A stretch of DNA of 61,095 nucleotides, counting the filler, from Squatina squatina (lineage: Eukaryota), in assembly GCA_031763465.1 (NCBI GenBank). It is 4 parts of 4 records of this genome, joined end to end, with 100 filler letters (N's around TTAATTAATTAA, not from the genome) between each part and the next. Parts side by side here need not be neighbours in the genome. Positions count along the whole stretch, not along the records: positions 46,314 to 61,095 come from JARFOE010000121.1; 3 more parts are not named here. One strand, written 5' to 3'. Shown in pieces: positions 51,193-61,095 of the stretch; the first letter of the stretch is position 1, and each line of letters opens with the position of its first letter. The notes under the pieces were generated by a model. The model was not told the origin of the DNA. It did not search any database and saw only the letters and a program-made list of their open reading frames with translations. A program made the translations under genes and the position numbers.

Positions 51193-52412
51193 CTAAATGA
51201 AGCAAACTACGTAGGTATGAGGGGTGAGTTGGCTAAGGTAGATTGGGAACTACATTAAAAGGTATGTCAGTCGACAAGCAATGGCTAGCATTTAAAGAAT
51301 TAATACATAATTTATATTCCTTTTAAGGCCCCAAAATACCACAGGAAAAGTGATCCAACCGTGGTTTACGAGAAGTTGAAAGTTTTAGATCAAAGGAAGA
51401 GGCTTACAATGTTGCCAAAAAGAGTAGTAAGCCTGAGGATTGGGCGGATTTTAGGATTCAGCAAAGGAGGACCAAGAAATTGATAAGGAAAGAGAAAAAA
51501 GAATGAGTAAATTAGCAAGAGACATAAAAACAGATTGTAAATGTTTCTATAAGTATGAAGAGATTACTGACAGTAAACGTGGGCCGATTAGAGGCAGATT
51601 CAGAAGAAATTATAATGGGCAATAAGGAAATAGCCCATATCTGATATTTATCTGTCTTTACAGTAGAAGTCACAAAAAACATTCTGGAAATATTGGGGAA
51701 CCAAGGGTCTAGAGAGAATGAGGAATTTAAAGAAATCAGTATAAGTAAAGACATACTACTGATGAAATTAATGGAACTAAGTGGCAACAAATCCCCTGGA
51801 CCTGACGACCTGCATCCTAGGGTTTTAAAAGTGGTAGCTGCAGCGATAGTGGATGCGCTGGTATTAATCTTCCAGAATTCCCTAGATTCTAGGACAGTCC
51901 CCAGGGATTGGAAGGCAGCAAACATAATTGCTATTTAAGAAAGGAGGAAGAGAAAAAACAGGGAACTGTAGGCCAATTAGCCTGACATCAGTCATAGGCA
52001 AAATGCTAGAATCTACTATTAGGAATGTGGTAAAGGAATGTTAAAAAATCGTAATATGATTAGATAGAATCAACATGATTTTATGAAAGGGGAATAGTGT
52101 TTGACAAATCTGTTAGCAGTTTTTGAAGATGTAACTATTAGGATGGATAAGGGGGAGCCAGTGGATGTAGTGCATTTAGATTTTCAGAAATCATTTGATA
52201 AGGCGCCACACAGGTTATTACACAGAATTAGGACTTGTGGGATTGGGGTAATATAGTAGCATGGCTTGAGGATTGGTTAATGGACAGAAAAGAGAGTAGG
52301 AACAAGCAGGACTTAGGGTTGGCAGGCTGTGACAAGCAGGTTATCTCAAGGATCAGTCTATATTAATGACTTAGATGAAGGAACTGAGTGTAATGTATCC
52401 AACTTTGCTGTT
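51193..52412 (+). mobile_element. CR1 LINE ORF2 fragment (RT domain)
   Basis: NKSPGPDDLHPRVLK, IFQNSLDS..VP.DWK.AN, LDFQKSFDK and YINDLDEG motifs. Confidence 0.9.
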
Positions 52413-55326
52413 NNNNNNNNNNNNNNNNNNNNNNNNNNNNNNNNNNNNNNNNNNNNNNNNNNNNNNNNNNNNNNNNNNNNNNNNNNNNNNNNNNNNNNNN
52501 NNNNNNNNNNNNAATAGACCATGAAAATTTCTAGCAGTGCAATTAAAAGGAATAATAACAAAGCAGCTACTTAAATAGTTCATTTAACATAACAGCAGAA
52601 AATAAAATTGAGCAGTTCATAAAAAAGCTGTGCATGAACTGAACATAATTTATGTTTTGTGGCTCCTAAATGAGAAGAAATTGTGACTGAAATGGCAAAT
52701 GTGAAACCTATTCTGTTAATATTTGATATGTCCGTGGCCAGTGATCCTTACCGTCAAGTTAAACTAACTGCGAACAGAGAGAGTGCTATTAAACAAAAAG
52801 GATGAATATATTTTCCTTCAAATTGATTCACAGCATATTTATGGAACTCATACAGAAGCTCATTAGAACTATGAAACTATTTGGTTGATGTGTTGCAGAG
52901 CATGTTCATAGTTTTACAGACTTGGTTGGTAGGGAGAATGAAAATGATGAATAGTCTGTTCACTAAACAGTGAAGTCAGAAGCTCCAAATGAGATATGGA
53001 CCATCAACTGCATTAGCAATTGTAAAAACCGTTACTTTAGCCCATTAAATGGAGGAAATGGATTATTGTAGTTATTATTTGAGAAAACAAATGGAATAAA
53101 CATTAGGGCCTCGGGTTTCTGNNNNNNNNNNNNNNNNNNNNNNNNNNNNNNNNNNNNNNNNNNNNNNNNNNNNNNNNNNNNNNNNNNNNNNNNNNNNNNN
53201 NNNNNNNNNNNNNNNNNNNNNCTGGCATGTAAAGTCTAGTAATTAGAACCTGGAACCACAAATATCATTCCACACAATTGAATAAAAATTGAATTTGCTG
53301 CTCTGAAGCATCATTACATGCTTGTTGAGATAAATCCAGTGCTTTGAATCCATTAACCTTTCAATGTGTGGCACTATCTTCCACTGCTGAAGATTAGCTG
53401 GTGACACATTTATCAAAGGATGATAAATGAGCTGTCTTTCCAGATGTCTGATTGTTTGACCTTTATTCAGCTAACGGCACCTGGAGTTGACAGTGTTAAG
53501 TAGTGCCAGTCTAAAATGAAACTGAACCCAGGAAATGAGTGCTTGAAAGTGCCTGTAATAATTCACTACCATTCAAGATGACCTGAGCGCAAATTACAAA
53601 AAAGTTGTGATGATTGCCTCAGAAGTAGCCAAATAATAGAATACGTTGCCTTCATGAAGAAATGGAGAAAGGCCACCATTGTTTTTTCATTTGTATTGCA
53701 AAACATGTCAACATATTTATAATGAAACGAAATAAAATTAAATTGAATAATCGGAAATTCCAATGCAGGTTAGAGAGGAGCTGAAGCTTTAAAGTGAAAC
53801 TTCAATCTGTTTGCTGAGGAGCTTAGTGACATGAATTATCTCAAAAATTCATGTCAAAAACTATTCTAAGAGCATCTTCATGTAAAGGCAATGGATAGAA
53901 TTCATTTTATATACTGTGATTTATCACTCAGTTTGAAGTTTTTACATACTATGAAATTACTCTGAAAATTAGACAGTACTTTATCATTGAAAATGAAACA
54001 CATTCTACAGTGATGACTTTTCAAAATGTTATTAAATAGAAAGCTAAGCCTATATACCCTCAAACATTGCAAAACATTTTGGTCTCCTACTCTTTATGTT
54101 ATAAGCAAAATCTAGGCATTATATAAATCGGTTAGGTAGATGTCAGTTTTGAAAGCTATTGCNNNNNNNNNNNNNNNNNNNNNNNNNNNNNNNNNNNNNN
54201 NNNNNNNNNNNNNNNNNNNNNNNNNNNNNNNNNNNNNNNNNNNNNNNNNNNNNNNNNNNNNNTAAAATACAATATGAAATTCGAGATAAATTGTTCAGTT
54301 TAATCATTAGGATTTAATTAGCCAAAGCTGGATTTTGTCACCACTCATTATTACTTGCACCTGAGCTTTCCTTTTTCTCAACATGGAACTGATTGCTCAT
54401 GAGGCTACTCACTCAATCCACTCATGTCAATTTGCCCACTGAACCTGGATTAAGTCAATTTGACTAAATATAAGCAAATGTTTGCTGCTATTTGCTTCTT
54501 TATTCTTGTTGTTTATGCTTTTATCTTCACCTTGGGGAACATTCACAAGCAATATGGTGAAAGTGGTTCAAAACTCACACACACTACAAGTATGGAAAAA
54601 ATATATTAAAAATCGTATTTCAGTCTGTAATTGTTCCATTGACCAGAAAAGCTAGTGTCGGACGCCTAAATGTAAAATAAAGCGGTTACTTCCTGTGATT
54701 TCCTTCACCAGCACTGGTAGTGCATGGCAGACAATTGTCGGATTTTATATCTCCTTTTGGATGGCTTTAAGCCCTCATCCACAACCTTTCATGTTCAGCC
54801 TTGTTTTTCTGCATGCCCAGGAATCTGCTTCTTGTGGTATATCTATTGCAATTCATGTGCCTCTTATGTAACCTATGCTCCCAGGTTTCGTTCTCATCCT
54901 GCATCACTGTGAAATGCTTAGCGATGGTCTCCACCAACTTTACACCCATATTCTCAAGTAGAAAATTCCTTAGTGCTATGGATTTATTTGATTTATATGG
55001 AAAGTGGCCCTTTATTAACACTCGAGCGTAAGTCTGACTAAGAGTCAAATCCTTGCTTTTCAGTTTGTCTGTCCAGCTGCAGAATGTTCATCATTAGTAA
55101 CCAAAATAAAGATTTAACAAATGAAAATTGGCTTTTATCACATTTCTCATTATTGTTTATTCATCCATTTTTGGTGGGNNNNNNNNNNNNNNNNNNNNNN
55201 NNNNNNNNNNNNNNNNNNNNNNNNNNNNNNNNNNNNNNNNNNNNNNNNNNNNNNNNNNNNNNNNNNNNNNNNNNNNNNATCTTGGACATGCATGATGATT
55301 AATTCCAGAATGTAGAGATAATATAA

Positions 55327-55350
55327 ATATATATATATATATATATATAT
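55327..55350. repeat. (AT)n microsatellite
   Basis: atatatatatatatatatatatat. Confidence 0.9.
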
Positions 55351-57093
55351 TAATGAAAGCAGATCATGCGGCCACTAAGAAATGAAACTAAGGAGCAACA
55401 TATAGGAGTGAGCCAAGATGGAACTTTGGGGGATATCATTTTGATAATGTAGGTACAATAGAAGAAGCTGTTGTGGGAGATGTGCTGGCAATGTTGGGAG
55501 ATAGGTGGGAACAAAACTAGGAAAGGGCAGTACCATGAAAGTGGATCACAGCATAGAGGCAATGGTGAAAGGTGATATGGTTTGCTGCATCAAAAATGCA
55601 GAGAAGTCAAGGAGGAGAAGGGATGATGCACCATGATCACAGTCACACAATGCTGGTGGCTTTGATTAGGGTGGTCTCAGTGCTCTAGGTGCAACAAAAG
55701 CTAAAGCCCCTATTGACTGATGACCCACTTTCTTGCATCACAATAAGTTCCTTTCACTTTTTTCCAGTTAAGTTTACTATGTCTGAATTTGGTAACAGAA
55801 GATAATCGTACAATGCTGCAGACTAGAGACACACTGGATCAGTCATTTGTTGCTACAATCCTATAAATACTTCAATAAGTTCCTCGTTTTCTAAATCAAG
55901 GACTGAAGTTAAGGTACAAGCAGTGAAACTTAAAAATGTAATATTCACCTTGTTTAGTTTTTGTTAAATTCAAATGCAATCAGCAATTTAATACTGGTGA
56001 GTGTAATTCTATCTATGTGATGACATAGTGGCCCCAATATTTGCAGGCAGGGTGTAGGGAGGTCAAAAACGGCCAAAGAACACAGTAAGGTTGGTGACAT
56101 GGAGGTCCGGCCGAACTTAACGGAAAGACCTCATTATCAACTTTTATGCTCCATTTCCTACCCAGCAGAAAGCCAAATTGATAGCCTGCCTGGCAGCCAG
56201 GAGGGAAATCCAGCAGCAGGAAGCCTGGAGACAGTCCCCGGCAATCGGGAGGAAGAAAGGTCACCAATCAGTGCTTAGGAAAGANNNNNNNNNNNNNNNN
56301 NNNNNNNNNNNNNNNNNNNNNNNNNNNNNNNNNNNNNNNNNNNNNNNNNNNNNNNNNNNNNNNNNNNNNNNNNNNNNNNNNNNNAAATGCAACACTTTCT
56401 TGATACCTATGGGTAGATTGATGGTGAGTGCTGTGTTTTGCGAGGCTAACGGATGAGCACCGTACGACCTCCAGCCATCTGTGGCGATTCGCACATCATC
56501 GCATGTCTGTTCCTCACCACAAATTGCTGGGTTTTAAATACACTGCGCCTTTAACTCATCATTATTTTTGCAGAAAACTCTGGAATTTAGGACATGATTT
56601 TATAAGCCAAGAGCAGGTCAGGAATTTGATTCAGTGGTTATGAGCTGACAGTAATTGGTTGCTCATTTTAATTACTTCAGCAAAACACCTTTTTTTGATT
56701 CACGAGTACCGATAAGGAAGACCAGTTGGCCCATCTTAGCCCATCCATCATATCCAATTAATCTACTGCTTTAAATGAGGTAGGTGTCAAAAACACTTTG
56801 ACGATAATTGTGATAATTAGTGATATTTTGAAAGCGGAATGAACTGGCATAAAATATTTAAAGATCACTGCAATAGTGAAGGGAAGGTTAATGAGACCAA
56901 GACACTACACAGAAGCTTATACCTTTGCTTCCAGTTTTGGAGGTTCAGATATCGGGGGAATTTTAACTCCCAACTCAGCGGGAATAGAGTGGGNNNNNNN
57001 NNNNNNNNNNNNNNNNNNNNNNNNNNNNNNNNNNNNNNNNNNNNNNNNNNNNNNNNNNNNNNNNNNNNNNNNNNNNNNNNNNNNNNNNNNNNN

Positions 57094-57180
57094 GTCTGTT
57101 AACCAGTTCTCAATCCATGCCAGTATATTACCCCCAATCCCATGTGCTTTAATTTTGCACACTAACCTCTAACGTGGGGC
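57094..57180 (-). mobile_element. CR1 RT fragment
   Basis: CKIKAHGIGGNILAWIENWLTD. Confidence 0.85.
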
Positions 57181-58604
57181 TTTCCTTGTGGATGGAGTAA
57201 GTGATTGGATGGGAGAGGACTGTTGACTGGAAGAGCCCTTGGCATTAAAGTGCTATCGATTTTTTTGCAAAAGTTTGCAAGCAATTTTATTTTCCTGATC
57301 TTCATCCAATGCCACTCTTATGCCGACTGTTAAGGAGGTGTACGAGAACGTCCTAGAGGTGACAGATCCACTGTTGTCCCTCCTTCTGCGTGGCAAGTGC
57401 CTGATCGCTGTTTACTACTAGCCTCTGATGTCAGATTGGAGTTTGGGTATTTACCATGGGTACAGCAGTGTCTTACCATCCTGGTGTAACTAAGTAAATG
57501 AGAACTGTAATTACATCTCATGACAAAAAAACAACAATGTTCAAACAAGCTGAATTTTGTACCTTGTCACAAATGACATAATGGAAAATGGAAATCCAAA
57601 ACTGGCTAGAGTATGAATTAATGATAACACTCTATAGCTGCCAATCACAAAACTTTCAATTATGGAGATTTATTTTGCATGTCACAGCATATATCTAGAA
57701 AAATCTTTACCAGGATAATGAAAGTGCCAAGCCAACATTTACTTGTCACATTTCATTGTCTCTCTTATCTGTGAGTTGAAAGATTTGCAATCACCAGCAT
57801 CTTTTTTCCTCACATTCAACGAAAACAGTTTTCTGTTATTTGATCTGGCCCATTATAGGCTGTAAGGAATTATAAGGCTTCAAGTAAGAGTTCGAGCTCA
57901 TTTGCCGTTCCCATGAGCTCAAAAGAATCGCTTCTCTCCAGATGCAAAAACTCAAACCTTCTGACTTTATAAAAGGCTGCATGAAGAAAGGCTTTACTCC
58001 TCAGAAGCTGAGCTTTCACTGTTGGCATTCACAGCAATTCACTTTTAATGAATTGTTCTTGNNNNNNNNNNNNNNNNNNNNNNNNNNNNNNNNNNNNNNN
58101 NNNNNNNNNNNNNNNNNNNNNNNNNNNNNNNNNNNNNNNNNNNNNNNNNNNNNNNNNNNNNCACAGAATTTGAAAAAATCAGCTGCAATACACAAAGGCA
58201 CGATGACTGAAGTGCCACCCCTTAAGCTTGGCACAAGTAGTGTGACATGTTGGACAAAACATGCATTAGATGCAACATTTTATAGATATATTAGTATTAA
58301 ATAGTGTTGTAAAATAAATTACATTTTTTACCCTTTATGTAGCAACCATATCAATGAGATTGAGGCGGTGTGTAATATATAATCAAAGTCACACACACAG
58401 AATGCAGATGTGACAATTTTTATTGCTTCTGTTTTGCAGCTGTATTATTATGTATTTTTGCCACCCTTCAATTCTCATCCTCCCTCTCCTGAAGGCAGTG
58501 ATTTATGCTGGGTACAATTCTGTCAGCATTACCACTATTGTTCCCAATCTATTCTTCGTGTATGTGCTTGGAGATTTAGTATAAAAAGGATTACTTGACA
58601 AAGG

Positions 58605-58860
58605 GGGTAATAGCTGAATCCAGCTCTGTCCTCAGATAAAGTCCATGCATGTAGATGTTCCAGGAGCAGGAATATTAGATGACTCCCCCACACCCCACCT
58701 TTCTATCTCAGAGTCACCAAGGATAATTGTAATTGCTCAACATCTGTCCTGGCTGGGATGAGCTAGCTTAGTTCAGAGCAAGAATCGGTTCTGAGGGCTT
58801 CTGGTTCTTTGTGGCCAACCCACAACATGTGATACATTACTCATTGAGCTATTGGGGAAC
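58605..58860 (-). mobile_element. Decayed UCON3-like SINE copy
   Basis: agctgaatccagctctgtcctca...ataattgtaa...tcctggctgggatgagctagcttagttcaga. Confidence 0.45.
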
Positions 58861-59667
58861 TTAATGATGTTGGTCAGCAGCAACCCACGCCGCCGATATT
58901 TTAGGGTTTAGGTCATTGGGAAACAAAGAGAGATTAAAGACAAGGCTTCTGCTATAAGTTAGTCTATTTATCTCAGCTCAGCAGTATTTCAATTGATCTT
59001 CTAGGTTTGTGCATCTGTCAGATCCCACCAGCACAGGAAATCAATGCTGTAAGAGCTATCGTGGGTATGTGACACTCTTTTTGATCAACCCAGTTGATGT
59101 ATTTCAGCAAGGCTTCAAGTGTTCAGTCTGTTAACATTTTTTCTGAGGTCAAGTGAATTAGCTTCTCCATTTTAGACCATGTATTTGATTATCGGGAATA
59201 TCATGCGTGATAGCCTGTAAAATTACATTGGCTGTAATGTCTTGATTTAAATCTCCAAGGTGCATTTGCTGATTACAAGATTTCACGGCTAAAATGACAG
59301 TGTTGTACAAATTATCTGCCCTGTGCTTATCTGATGTTATCAAAGGCACAATAGTTTGTGAATGTCTCATTATAAATTATTAATTCTTGCTGTAGGCCCT
59401 GTTTTCCTGACATTAAAATATTCTGATTGTACAAGCGCTGGAAGTCTACATTTGTCGTGCAATTTCAACGTAGCTGAGCACCTCCAGGTCCAGCGGGGCC
59501 TCACAGCGATTAGCGCCTAAAGTTCCGACTACGTGCCTCCCGATCTCGCCTCCTGGAATAAAATGGCGTATTTTGGAACGTTATAGCCTCCGAATGGAGG
59601 TGCTAATCACCTAAAACTTTTCAGCGTTAGGCATCCATGGAGGCGCAAGGGAATTTCACCCCAAGAT

Positions 59668-60554
59668 GTTGAATGACCTCCCGTTGTTTCTTATGCCACA
59701 GGCTGGAGGGGTGGAATGGCCTCCTCCTGTTCCTATGTAACAGGTCTAAGGGGCTGAATGGCCTCCTCCTGTTCCTATGTAACAGGCCCGAGGGGCTGAA
59801 TGGCCTCCTCCTGTTCCTATGTAACAGGCCCGAGGGGCTGAATGGCCTCCTCCTGTTCCTACCTATCAGGCTTGAGAGGGAGCACTGTCCACTCCTGTTC
59901 CTATGGTAACAGGCCCAAGGGGCTGAATGGGCCTCCTCCTGTACCTATGTAACAGGCTCGATGAGCTGAATGGCCTCCTCCTGTTCTTGTACATCAGGCT
60001 CGCGGAGCTGAATGGCCTCCTCCTATTCCTCTGTAACAGGATCGAGGGGCTGAATGGCCTCCTCTTGTGCCCATAGCTACAGGCTCGAGTGTCTGAATGG
60101 CCTCCTCCTGTTCCTCTGTAACAGGCTCAGCGGCTGAATAGGCTTGTCTTTTTCCAATGTAACAGGCCCGATGGGTTGAACAGCCACTTCCTGTTCCTAT
60201 GTTAACAGGCCCGAGGGGCTGAATAGCCTCCTCCTCTACCTGTGTAACAGGCCCGAGGGGCTGAATGGCTTCCTCTTGTTTCAACGGTAACCTGTTCGGG
60301 GGCTGGATGGCCTCCTCCTGTTCGTATATAACAGGCCCGAGGGGCTGAATGGCCTCCTCGTGTTCCTGTAGCCTCAGGCTCAATGTGCAGAATGGGCCTC
60401 CTCCTATTCCTATGTTACAGGCCCGATGGGCTGACCGGCCACTTCCTGTTCCTATCGTAACAACCTTGAGGGGCTGAATGGGTTCCTGCTGCTCCTGTGT
60501 AACAGGCTTGAGGACTGAGTGGGATTCAGCTGTCGCTATGGTAACAGGGCCGAG
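59668..60554 (+). repeat. 42-bp tandem satellite (~21 units) derived from the CR1 3' tail
   Basis: Unit aacaggcccgaggggctgaatggcctcctcctgttcctatgt (starts 59781, 59823). The core matches CR1 tails in this window (2858-2880, 50624-50660). Confidence 0.9.
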
Positions 60555-60569
60555 CAGTGGGACTGAAGC

Positions 60570-60797
60570 CTACTCCGAGTGCCACAGAGTCGTGAGGCTT
60601 CCCACAGAGGTGGAATGGGGTTCCCTGGAGCGTTCGTGAACCCGGCTGGGTTTTCCACTGTGACACTCTGACTGATTTTGCGAGCCGCCTTCCTCTGGAG
60701 CCAGCCCGCAAAGTTACCGGACTTATCGAATTCTATTTCCCGCCCTGCTCCCGGCGAGATTTGAGCCCACGAGCGCCGGTCTCGTCATCCAGCACCA
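60570..60797 (-). mobile_element. Probable tRNA-derived SINE fragment, GC-enriched
   Basis: Minus strand has a B-box-like gggctcaaatc followed by gaaatagaattcgataagtccggtaac...aaaacccagccgggttcacg. Confidence 0.45.
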
Positions 60798-60804
60798 GAA
60801 ACGA

Positions 60805-61095
60805 AAGAACTAACTTGTATTTGTCCCCGCCCTTTCGTGACCTCACGAACTCGCATAGCACTTCACAGCCAATGAAGTGCATCTTGAAGTGCGGTCACTG
60901 TTGTAATGTAGGAAACACGGCCAATTTGCGCACAGCAAGCTTCCACAAACAGCAATCTGGTTTTCAATAATTTTGAATGAGGGATAGATATTGGGCTCAG
61001 GACACCGGGGAGAACTCCCCCCCTGCTCTTCTTCCAATAGTGGCCGTGGGATCTTTTACACCCACCCGAGAGGGCAGACGGGGCCTCGGTTTAAC
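60805..61095 (-). mobile_element. SacSINE1-like DeuSINE (truncated by the window end)
   Basis: Collinear with 3950-4260: aacttgtatt...gtcactgttgtaatgtaggaaac...gagagggcagacggggcctcggtttaac. Confidence 0.88.

Noticed and set aside
54700-55048. Possible decayed transposase on the - strand
   Set aside because: Coding-like but with no identifiable catalytic motif; cannot be supported without a search.
59673-60383. Repeat-protein ORFs (EEEAIQPLGPV / GLNGLLLFLCNR)
   Set aside because: In-frame read-through of the 42-bp satellite.

Overview
Eukaryotic, repeat-rich vertebrate DNA, most likely from a shark or other elasmobranch (SacSINE1/DeuSINE-type SINEs, CR1 LINEs, Penelope, Harbinger elements). 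It is not one contiguous locus. Three artificial N44-TTAATTAATTAA-N44 linkers (14855-14954, 29685-29784, 46214-46313) join four ~15-16 kb scaffolds, each further broken by many 100-N gaps. Only two coding exons are clearly recognisable: a calcium-binding EGF exon of a fibulin-1/2 gene (+, 15539-15658) and a coiled-coil exon of GORAB (-, 37060-37200). Most listed ORFs are TE remnants, repeat translations or gap artefacts. The most unusual items are a CpG-rich island with a TTAA-anchored, AGGTCA-array transposon end that looks non-vertebrate (23929-25385), a 42-bp satellite built from a CR1 3' tail (59668-60554), a purine-pyrimidine repeat expanded inside a SINE, and a candidate 12/17-nt micro-exon. 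I found no convincing multi-gene novel system. TE family names come from motif recognition rather than database searches, and TE boundaries are approximate.
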